A stretch of DNA of 64,000 nucleotides from Raillietiella orientalis (taxonomy: Eukaryota), in assembly GCA_036172245.1 (NCBI GenBank), contig JAYWIR010000038.1, positions 1,612,001 to 1,676,000 of the forward strand, given 5' to 3'. Made by a program: the position numbers and the translations under genes. Under the pieces are notes generated by a model. The model did no database searches, had not been told where the DNA came from, and saw nothing but the letters and a program-made list of their open reading frames with translations. Numbering within the stretch: the first letter of the stretch is position 1; each line of letters starts with the position of its first letter. Positions 26,040 to 37,099 of this stretch are shown here, in pieces.

Positions 26040-28330
26040 TTATTGGCATGCCACAGCCATTTCAGCCACCTGCTGCAGACCTTGTCGCACTGCATGCAGA
26101 TTGCTACGCCACATGGACAACATGTCATGTAGCTGCTGCCACTGCACTCTTCCAAAAGTCCTCTGAGTGCTGCTGCTCACATTCAGTTTGCCTGTGGCTT
26201 GATCCATGCGCCCATTTAGTAATCCCACTTGGATCGCTTCAATAATAAAGTGCTCTACCTCACTTGATTCAATTTGAAGCTCTTCCTGCACTTTGCAGAA
26301 AGCCAGTTCAGAATATTGGTTGGTCAAGGAAACCAGAGTTAGCAGTCGCATTTTGTGCAAACACTGCTTGCTGTTTAAACCCATCTGGGCCAACAATTCT
26401 CGGTGATTTTGTTCAAACTTGAGATAGCTACTGAGTTGCTCTTGTACAAAGATAAGCAACAAATCATAAATGGGTTCTCCTTTCAGAAGAGTTACAGGCT
26501 TCAAGGATAAAAGGTGATCCAAGAGAAAAGTGTGTGGATCAGCTAGGCAAGCTAAGATGCAACGACGAGCATCTTCTTTAGCTTGCAGAGCGTTGTTTGC
26601 AGTGTACGTACGCAGTAACTCCAACATTACTTCAGCAGCAAGTTGTGTTTCATTTGCAGCCAACAGAGCCTCATGCAACATTCTCAGCAGTTTCTGTAGC
26701 TGCTCACTAGTTTCAGTACATTCTGAAAGCTGCTGCTTCAAAGTAAGAACATCTTTAAAAATGAGAGGCAGCTGATCTGAAGATGCAGCTAACTTGACTG
26801 CAGCACAGTACACATTATAGCGCAACTGATTGGCAGTAGGTAATCCAAGAAACAACATCCATAATGCCCTTAAGCAAACAGATGCTCGTGGTCCACCAGA
26901 GGAGTTTTGCAATATTTCACAAAACATCAAAACAAGCTGCTTGCTGCATACTTCATATTGCTTCACAAAATCAAAAATCCAACCAGTGAACAGGTTTAGA
27001 AGCTTACCAGCAAAAGAGAAGTAATAGTATTCAAAACAGATTCCAAATCTCCTTCTGGTAAATCTTTTTTCAATAAGTCAGGACAAGAGTTGATGAATGC
27101 AACAACTGCTTCTTTAGCATCAGGCACTTCTTCTGGTAGTTGGGCACCAATCTCCACCAGATAAGCATGTAGCTCAGAAATCTAACAGATATTTCTACAG
27201 AAAGAATCAACATATTCAAAGCACAAGAGCACACTAAACTAGCTAACGTAACATTTCTTATTGGGTGATTACCATTTGCTTTCTCGAGAATTTTTAATAA
27301 TTCTAAAGCTAATCAAAATTAGATGATAGACTTTCTCAACATAAAATTCATTTGATAAAGAAATTAAGGGCTGATGCAAAAAAAAGTACAGAACATCAAC
27401 AAAATATAAAATGCATATTTAGAAGGAATCACTTCAAATTTTAAAGGTAGACCAACAGATTCTAAAAGACATCAAATCTTTACAACTATACAAGAGATAA
27501 CAACACTAGCAGATTTGTTTCACAACAAATTTTTCCAACAAGCTCTTTTTCTTCATTTTCACAAGTTCTGCTCAAAATTAAGATGGCTACTTATGGCAGA
27601 GCGCACAGAATTTAAAATATGTCTCCTCTGAACAATTCAAAGGCACTCACATGAAAATGATCGCTGATAATAATTAAGTTTTCCGTTCTTAGTTTTTGTT
27701 AAAAAAACATGCCACAATCCTTTAAATACAGTTTTACATTTGTTTGACAATGGTGAATGAAAATATTTGTGTATTGCGTGCATGACAATTTTGATTTCAA
27801 GAATCATCAACACTGTCACTGAGTTTGGTTACAATGAAACACATCAATCATCTATACAACACCAAAATGGCATAATCAAAATTCAACTTGCATAAAGATG
27901 AAAAGCTGACAATACAAAAGTTTACACAGGCATTGAATCCCAAATCTTTCTCGGAAGCTTTTACAATTATTCAAGGAATAATTGTAAAAGTTCCTCAAAA
28001 CTGAACTGCAAATCGAACATATATTGGTACTCGATTTCCCAAAATAGCTAGGCCAATTACAAACACATTTACATTAAATAATACAGCAAAGATTATATAA
28101 ATAATATAGAAATCCAAAAAACTTTACAAAAATGGAAACGCAGTTTCGTGCTTGTAAAACTCATTACGGAAAACCGGGTACATGTTTTGAAAATGCAATA
28201 CTGTAAACTTATAAAGTAAGAATGTGAAAATCGAGCAAAGTACGTATGAGGAACCCCATTCTTCTATTTCAAAACCTTGTTATCATACCTGATCAGAGAA
28301 AGTCAAGTTTGGAAACGACGGTATACTCAT
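26040..28330 (-). CDS. eIF3m: Eukaryotic translation initiation factor 3 subunit M (PCI domain), 3 coding exons
   Basis: Exons 28330-28289 (MSIPSFPNLTFSDQ), 27181-27008 (ISELHAYL..DLESVLNTITSLLL) and 26960-26040 (LLRTYTANNALQAKEDARRCI..LADPHTFLLDHLLSLKPV..KMRLLTL..QRTFGRVQW). All introns are GT-AG and in frame. Confidence 0.95.
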
Positions 28331-31229
28331 GCTGCTTTCGTTGTTCACACCGTGGTTTGGGCCTCACTAAGCACTATTGCCGTTCACTTGCCAGCTACAA
28401 CTAATTTTCTTAATTCACCTCAACTCAATTTTATCGGAAAGCAGCCTTAACTTTGCATGTCTTGAATAGTGCTGGAATGCCACAATTTAAAAAATTTTCT
28501 ACTTACAGATACGAATTCTTATTGATTCAATCTATGTGCTATATAAAAAATATCTATAACATACGACTTTTTTGAAAAGAGTGATTTCAAGTCACACATT
28601 TGAAATTAGCCATTTTGAATTTCACTTTTATGGATATTCTGGTATTAATCTCTTTTTATTACATGATTATTTAATAAACATGAGAAATCAAAATGCTAAA
28701 AGGTATATAGTGACTCGATCGCTCGAAATAGCTTTCAGTTGTTAAGATATAGTAAACACATACAAAATTGAAACTAGAACGGGAAGAATCCTTCGAAAGT
28801 TTGATACCTTAAAACCTTCAAAATAGATCAGAAATACTTGATTTCTTTTGGTAATGATTGCTTTGTTTTGAATAAATATGGTTTTACAAAAAACTATCAC
28901 ACAACCCTATGTCTATTAGCATTTTTCAAAATAACACATTTTTTTGAAGTAAATTCAAAATTCTCAAACATTTTCTTTTTTGTTTTCCAGTGGTGTGTGG
29001 AATTTGCTGTTGAACATTTGAAGTGTCCTTCAACCCTAGCATATTGACAAATTTATACTTGCATGCCTACGAGTAGTACAATCTGAAGATCGCAAAAATT
29101 ACGTACACCATGCTCAACCACAAACGCAGTGCAAATTTCATTGCAAATACATCGCAATGAACACACTACCACCTCTATTTCATATGAGAGAACATATTTC
29201 TTCCCATGTACATTCGTCTCGGTAAATGTCCTCCAGCAGTGCAGATTTACGTAATCAGCTATCTTTCACCGTGGTTCACCGGCATTTGTATTTCCTCAGT
29301 AGACAAATTCTCACGGCTTGTGCACCATTTTGCATTAGCTTCCGTTCCCTCCATCGCAATCTCCGTTACAAATCAGGAAAAGAGAGTGCCCGTCTGCCTT
29401 CAGGTTGCCAGGAGTACCCGGGTCTTCATACAACCGACGATTTACATACTCACTCAACTTTCTCAGAAGCTAACGTAAATCAAATCAACAAAAATCCAGG
29501 GATTTCACGAATTAAAGCACATGGAAACTGTTCACATGAAGAGGAAAACGAAAACCCTCAATAGTCAACAATACTGAAAAGTACGCAGGATTATGAGTTC
29601 TAACAAGCGGAACTTGTTTTCATTACCATGCCCTCAACCGTTTGCACACCACGATCACGCATATCGCCAATTCCACAACTACTGCATTACCGCGTCACGC
29701 TTAGGTGTACAGTTTCGAAAAACAATATGCTCCTCCTGCAACCGTCCTCACGAAACCCATTGAAGAGCGCTTTGTTTATGGGTACTTTGGCTGTTGGGTT
29801 GTTTCGAGTTCTACGTATCTCCAATCAAACATGCCGCGCACGCTGAATCTCCAAACGCTGACTGTTCTTACGAACCACACGCAGCCACCGGCGGGAACGC
29901 AAAACGGAATCCCACCCGACCACGGCAACCTCCCTCTTCCCGCTCGCACCAGCAACTCGCGAAAATTGCTGCTTCATGCCACGCTCCCGGTTGCTCGCAT
30001 GCCGCAGCATCCCATGCATCCTGATGACCCATCCGGCCGATCCGCACGCCACGTTGCCGGCGAAGAACACACGCACTCGACTCCAGGCATCGCTTGTGCG
30101 GAAGAAGCCGACTGACTGCCCCAGTCCGTTTCGCCCCCTCCAGGCATACCGGAGGACGCTGCCCAGTCGCCGGGCGCTTGCTGCTCAAACCGACGACGAC
30201 GGACTTCCTCCCTTGCGTGCGCACTTCCTCTCTTCGAGAGAAGAGAACCGAGCGTCCCGCTCCCACCTGCCATTCAGCCGGTGCCTGTTGTCTGGCAAAG
30301 TGGGCGCTCGCGCCAAGCTTCCCTCTCTCCAACGCAGACCTCTTCGGGAGGAAAGCAGGTTTGAGAAACGCGCCTTTCCTGCTGCGCGCTTAGCGGCTGC
30401 GTCGCGGCTCTGGACCGCTTCGTACAAACAGTGGTGGCCACCTCTGCATCGCGCTGCAGAGAGGGGAGAGAGAGAGGGCGCATGGCGACGCGCGACATCA
30501 GCATGCCAGGCGAGACCGCGAGATGCGCCGTCGCCGAGGAACACCTCCTTCCCCGACATGTGTTGCGGACAGTCGGCAGGAAGACAAATGGCTTCTTGCA
30601 GGCGCCTCCGCGGAACGTTCGAAACGAGCGGCGGCTCGTTGCGCGCCGCCGTGCGCGCACAAGTTGGGCGTTGCCTTCGCAGCGCCAGAGGGAGACGGAC
30701 GGCTTCAGGTGGACTGGGACGCGGCACGAGACGGCTGCCGTGCCGACGACAAAGTCGCCGCCCGCCTGCCATGCGAATTTCTTTTTCGGCATCGAACGTG
30801 GCGCCACTGACAGCTGATCGCCGCTTTTGCCAGAGATCGCCGTCGGAGGCGTTGGGAGCGCTTTGCGTGCGTTCGCTTCGCGAAGGGCTGCTGCTGCGCA
30901 CCCCGCGGGGCGAGGATCGAGTTGGTGGGATAGTCGTCGGCTGCGGGTTCGAGTGCTGCAGGGAAAAGTGGCAGCGAGCGAATGGACACTTCTCACGGCG
31001 TCGCGTGTCGCTCACGGGGTTCTGTTTTTTTTTTTTCTTTCTTGTTGTTGTTGTTCCAAGCAGCGAGTGCGATTTCGATCGGAAGTGCGGTTTTCGCAAG
31101 TGTATGCCGTGCAATCGGATGCCCCTCGAATTCTTGAAGGCAGTGGACATCGCAAACGTCGAGTTTCGAACGTCACGCAGCTTTCTTCGTCCCTGTTGAA
31201 ATTTTGTTTCGGGCTCGTGTTTTGCGCCA

Positions 31230-34200
31230 ATGGATAATCCGACGCAAGGTAACGTTGATAACGGTGGGTTGGTTGTTCTCCGTTGTCACCGAGCGCGTAG
31301 GAAGGGGTCGAGGAAGCGATGGACAGAGAGGAAGAGGGGGCAGAGGGAGGGGCAGGGGCAGAGGAAGGGGACTTTCGGACACGCATCCGGAAAGAGCCAT
31401 TCCGTCGCCCGTTGTCCCTGCTGCTGCTTTTGCTGCTCCCCCCACTGCTCCTCCCGAACCCCCGCTTCGCACCGCGGGAGAAGCCCCTGCGTCAGACAAA
31501 CCCGCACCGCAGCCAAGCGAAAAACCCAAACGGAAAGCCAAGCCAAGGAAACAAACACCCGAAGAAGGCAGCGGTTTGGCGCGAACAGAAGACAAGACGG
31601 AAGCGGCAGCAGCTAAGCTGGAGGCACTCAGCTTATCGGACAGCAGATTGGTAGCAGGTGCTCAAATGAGCCAGGGAGATGTCAGCGAAGCCATAGAAGT
31701 AGTTTACAAGCCGGACAGTAAGCGAGGAATCCGAGGGGGATGGATGACAATAACGGTGTGCATGTGTGTGGCAGAGCTCATCAGGTTTCCACGTCGTCCA
31801 GGCTATGGCCGAGATGGGAAACCCATCATGCTGATCGCTAACGTCTTCCAGTTGACATCCTATCATACCAACGATGTGTACCAGTACGACGTGGTGATGT
31901 CACCTTCCATGACCAACAAGAGGAACAACAGGTACGGATGGGGGTGTGCATTGCAAATGGTACTTCAAAGGGAGGCGTTGCCTGCCTTTCAGGATTGTGA
32001 TGCAAAGCATCATCTCCTCCAACACCAACCACTTCCCAGTACCCAATGGTTGCGTGTACGATGGCATAAAGAACGTGTACTCCAATAAAAGATTGCCCAT
32101 CCCAGATGCAGGCTGCGAAGTGAAGGTGGTGTTGGTGTTGCACATCGTAGCCTTGGCTGTTGCTAAGGGAGGGTCTCCCCCAGGCTAGTGTTGTGCTGGA
32201 TCCACAACTTCCCCCGAAAGAATTCCGCGTCCAGATCAAACTGGCCAGTTGCATTCACATGTCGTTGCTGGACCAGTTCATGCGTGGGCAGCTGGAAGAC
32301 ATTCCGCAGGATCAGCTCCGCGTGCTGGATACGGTGATGCATCACTCACATGCAATCACCAATGTTGTGGTAGGCCGTCGCATGTTCCCCCTGAACCAGC
32401 GCGATGTGGACCTTGGGGGTGGCTACTCCATGTGGGTGGGTCGCTACGTTTCTGTGCGGCCTTCATGGAAAATGCTGGTGAACGTTGATGGTGTGCTAGC
32501 TGCAGGGGTGGCAGGTGCCCAATACCTGCCTTGTTTGTTTTTGCAGTGTCTGCTGCTGCCTTCTACAAGAGTCAGTCCCTCCTGGATTTCTGGGAGCAGT
32601 TCCTGAGGATCGAATTGAGGGAACTGAATCCTTACGAGAAACGGAAGCTGAGCAAGGAGTTAAAAGGTCTGAAGGTTCAGATGGAGATCAAGGATAAGAA
32701 CGTGAAAAGATGCCAGAGGGTGGTGGGACTGGTGGATGCAGCCAACAAACAGAAGTATAGTACTTGCAGGGTACCCTAGCAAAGTTGCAATGCTGTTCAC
32801 AGGTTCACAATGGAGGGTCGAAGCTTGACAGTGGCACAGTATTTCCAGGAGCATTACAACCTGAAGTTGAAGATGCCGTTTTTGCCCTGCTTGCACGTGG
32901 GCTCCAAGGATCGTACTGTGTATCTGCCCATGGAGCTGTGCTCGATCGTGGCAGGGCAGAAAGTGCAAGGCAAACTATCCGACTTTCACACGAGTAGGAT
33001 GATCCGTGAGACGGCAAAGCCTGCACCTGAACGTCTGGAGAAGATCTGCAATCTGGTGAAGCAGATGCACTTGCATAATGACCCGTACTTGAAGTCGTAC
33101 AGCATTTGCATGAACGAGCAACCCATGCCAGTCAAGGGCCGGGTGCTTCCACCTCCAAGCATCGTGGTGAGTAGAGTGGGTGAGCAGTGGTTGTTTGCTG
33201 GCTTTCTTGCATGCAAGGGGAGTCTGTTTCCAGTACCAAGGGGAGCAGCAAGTGGTTCCCCGGAACGGGGTGTGGGACATGCAGAACAACCAGTTCATAA
33301 ATGGTGCTCACCTCCGGAAGTGGGCTGCAGTTTCCTTCCACTTCCGTGTGGGCAGGGACACTCTTCAGTGAGTGATGGTGCGGTCATGCTGGGGAAGAAG
33401 AAGTAGAAGAGGAAGATGAGGAGGAGGAAGAAGTGGGTTTCTGTTTGCAGGCACTTCTGCAGAAAACTTCAGGATACTGGCACAAGGCTGGGAATGAAAT
33501 TTGAGAGTTCTGCCATTCTGCTGGATCGTCCCCAGGCGCGCTTTCTGGATTTGGCGCAGATCGATGCGTTCTTTCGCAAATTGCGAACGGCGCATCCGGA
33601 CTTAAGTATGGTGGTGGTGGTGCTGCAGGGCAACGAGTACGGTGAGTTGCGCGCAATGGCTTCAGCAGGAGGAGGAGGCGTGCTGCCGCCGCTGCCATTT
33701 GCAGGCGACATTAAGCGTGTGTGCGACTTGGTGCTGCGCATAGTGACGCAGTGCGTGCAAGAGAAGAACGTCTCTCGGCTGAGCGAGGCAACGCTGCGCA
33801 ACATCTGCCTGAAGATGAACAGCAAGCTGGGCGGAAGCAACAACACAGTGTTCGTGAAGGTTCCTGACTTGAAGGTGAGGCAGGCAGGCTTGAGTGATGG
33901 GAGGCTGGATCGGACAAGCCGCACACAGGTGCTGAGCGCGCCCATCATGATCTTGGGCGCGGACGTCAACCATCCTTCTCCCGGGGAGAACACGAAGCCT
34001 TCCGTGGCAGCCGTGGTGGCTTCGTTGAACCGTAACCTGAACGTGTATGCAGCCGAAGTGCGCATCCAGCCCCGTCGCAAAGAGAAGATCCAGGAGGTGA
34101 TTTCGGAGCTGCAGCAGATGGTGAAGCAGTTGCTGCTGAAGTTCTACAACTTCAACCGTGGGATGAAGCCGCAGCGGATCGTCATGTTCCGCGATGGCGT

Positions 34201-34747
34201 GTCCGAAGGGCAGTACAACCAGGTGCTGCGTCAGGAGATGGAGGCTCTGCAGGCGTGCTGCATGTCTTTGGAGAATACGTACCGTCCGGGCATCACGTTC
34301 GTGGTGGTGCAGAAGCGTCACCACACGCGCTTGTTCCCGTGGGATGCGAGGGAAGGCGTGGGCCGATCGGGAAACATCCCCCCTGGGACCGTGGTGGACA
34401 ACGAGATCGTGCACCCTCTCCAGTTCGACTACTTTCTGTGTAGTCACCAGGGCATCCAAGGAACGAGCCGCCCCACGCACTACTTCGTGCTGTACGACGA
34501 CAACGACTTTTCGTCGGATGCGATCCAGAAACTGACGTATTACATGTGCCACGTGTACGCCCGGTGTACGCGGTCGGTGTCCATCCCGGCTCCCACATAC
34601 TACGCCCACCTGGCCGCGTTCCGTGCGCGCTACCACATGGTGGACTCGGCGGACAGCAGCAGCGACAGCAGCACCGCGGGTCCGGTGTCGCCGGAAACGG
34701 CCGACAGGCTTCCGGAGAAGGTGCCCGACACAATGTACTTCGTGTGA
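31230..34747 (+). CDS. Argonaute, AGO clade (siRNA/AGO2-like), about 10 short introns
   Basis: RG-rich N-terminus, FPRRPGYGRDGKPIMLIANVF, PAZ (TVAQYFQEHYNLKL..LPCL..YLPMELC) and MID (TQCV..NICLKMNSKLGG). PIWI has GADVNHP, FRDGVSEGQ, QKRHHTR, GTSRP and PAPTYYAHLAAFRAR, ending in MYFV. The start ATG at 31230 is followed by a donor at 31249. Confidence 0.97.
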
Positions 34748-34787
34748 GGTGGGGGAGGGCACTCTCGTGCGCGCGCGCGTTGCGAGG

Positions 34788-34793
34788 AATAAA
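34788..34793 (+). terminator. Polyadenylation signal of the Argonaute gene
   Basis: AATAAA 40 nt after the stop codon. Confidence 0.7.
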
Positions 34794-35299
34794 ACGTTTC
34801 CGTGCTTTTACGGCAGCCGACTGGAGAGGCAGGGAGTGTGGGGTGAGCGAGGGTCTGTTGCGGAAGCAACAGATCCTGCGGAAGCAGGCTGCCGTCTGCT
34901 CCTGCTCGCTGCGTGCAGCGCGGACTGACGGCAGCGGCCGCGGCTGCTGGCGGGCTTGGGCAGCGCATTAAGCCGACAGGGTGTGCAGTCAAGCGGCTTG
35001 CACGGATGCTCTGGCTGCCCTTGCAAACCGCTCTTCGCCAGAAGAACAAGAAGCGGGCGGTGGTTGTGCACGGGTCGTGTCGGCGCGGCGTTCGCGCTTG
35101 GCAGCCACGCCGCGTTTCTCACCCGAATAACGCGCCGCGCGCTTCGTCACGTAGGAGAAAAACGCAAGCATCGGTGGTCGCTGTGCTGTGGCACTCTCGC
35201 TGCCACCCAGCGTTCGAGGTCCGGGTCAATGCGTCCGTGTGGGTGACACGGAGGAGGAGATTCGACGAAGCAGGAAAACGAAACGAGTTCGGAAACAGA

Positions 35300-35830
35300 A
35301 GGGGGATGTTTTTTTTCTTTTGAGATGATGGCGGGATCCATCGCATTGCCTTCCGCAAAGTCCTCCTCATCCTCCGCAGGACGCCAGCAAGTTCCCTACG
35401 TACGTTTCCAGGATACGGTCATCTCGACGCGATCCTCGCGAACACTTTCACCCATTGGATGGCGACCCTGTCGTCGGGGCATCACGCTCCAGGAGGAGTT
35501 TCTCCACCCACCTGGAACTATCGACCCGCATTCGGACATATCGACTCTAATCGTTCCCGGCGGTGCGGGGACGCGCGCTGCAAGGAAGGAGCGCAACGAA
35601 GCATCACCAATGCCCACTACTCCTTCTGCCACTATAGTGGATGGGAGCACGAAATGGATCGTCGACGGTACCTCGGACGATCGGAGCTGCTGGTGGACGA
35701 TGCAGAGAAGCTTTTCCCGGCGGAGTGGTCCCGTCGGTCGGACGCCGGCAGCCGCAGCGTCGACCAGCTCTCCTGTTGCGTGCGTTCGTAAACAGCTTTC
35801 GCTGTCTGCTCGAATCTGCGTGTCACCTGC
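35300..35830 (-). mobile_element. L1/Tx1-like 3' remnant (family A-related) with A-rich tail
   Basis: The minus strand reads DDRVAIQWVKVFARIASR*..RRELAGVLRRM, matching the family A C-terminus. T-run on the plus strand at about 35308-35321. Confidence 0.55.
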
Positions 35831-37099
35831 CGCCATGCCGGTGTCCCACAGCCGAGGGCTTCCCTTCCGTGCAGCGTGGCGGCTAGCGGGAAAGAAGGAG
35901 GGACACAGACAGTGGAGAGGGTCCGCTAGGCGTCTTCGGTGCGCTGTTTCCGATCTTTCTTGACGACGGCGGACGGGCGTGCCTGTCGCAGTCTGGCGAA
36001 CCGTTCCGCGCTCGCGGCGCGCGCCTCCACCCGAACTGAAAAGCGTTTCCCGAAATCGTGCGCTGCAATTCGCGTGGATCCAAGCGTTCTCCTTCACCAA
36101 GTCAGCCTGCCCCCACCTGCCGAAGCCGGCGTGCCGACACCCACGCTGGACAACAAGAGGTAGACCAGGTCAGATGCGTCCGCGCTTCGCCATTTCGAGT
36201 TACGGGAATTGCCCACCTTGTCACAGCGGCCGACGCGTCAAAATGGGCCGGGGCGCGCACGTCGCGCCTCGCGAGCGACACCCGCTCGTTGCCGGACAAG
36301 CGGTAGCTGCGGGCGTGATCCGTGGCGGAAGAGTTGCTTCCCCCCTCCCATCTGGTCGTGAGCAGCGGCAGACGGCGCGTGACCTTACAAGGTTTATTGC
36401 GGCCGAAGCGTGAAGATGAGCTGCAATCTACAAGGGTGAGCCGGTTGATTTGCCTGTGTGTTGTGCAGGAGTTGGTGTCGGTGCCGTGGGCGGCGGGCGG
36501 TGTGGCGTGCGTGTTGTGACTGCCCGCCACTCACTGGTCGGCGGTCGAGGCGGAACGGTCTCCACTATCGCAAGCAGCGTGACGGCACAAAACCGTGCGC
36601 TCCAAAGGAGCGTCCTCAGCGTAGATGGACGAGACGAACGCGTCGTATCGCTGGACGAGTTCGGAGACTGCTGCCTCCGGTTTTCCTGTTGCAGGCCCTC
36701 TAGTCGCAACCGTAACGTACCGATGTCCAGGTGGTTCAGCTGCTCGGACGGGCTAGTGGGCGTTGACGGTGCGTCCCTCTTCGTCATGGAAATCGAGGTT
36801 CGCTCATTCGACCCATAGCCAGATTAAGCAGTAGTGCTTTGCTTTCCTTGTTCGCTTGGCATCTCCTGTTTGGAAAGTGTGTCCTTCTTCTTGCAGCTCA
36901 TCTTTTTGCCATCGGACAAAGTTATTCTGCCCGGTGTTTCCATTATGTACTTCAGCACTTTTCGGCTGCGTAGTTTTCGGACGTTCTTCCCATGATTCCT
37001 TTTTAGCGAGGACTCGGGTTTCTATGCCGTCTGCTTTCAAAATTCGTCGTTGGGGTTTGTTGGCATTCGTTCACCTATGAAGATTTTCCCCAAATCCCA

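Noticed and set aside
29976..31199. 407-aa (+) and 321-aa (-) ORFs upstream of Ago
   Set aside because: Arg/Ala/Ser-rich with no domain motifs; they are open because the region is GC-rich. This is likely promoter/5' UTR plus repeat remnant.
33416..33450. Start of the 443-aa ORF as an independent short PIWI-only gene
   Set aside because: This stretch lies in an intron (gtgagt at 33368 to ttgcag at 33450). The ORF reads through in-frame introns of the full Ago.
33469..34762. 366-aa and 203-aa antisense ORFs over the PIWI exons
   Set aside because: Shadow frames caused by high GC3 codon usage in the real gene.
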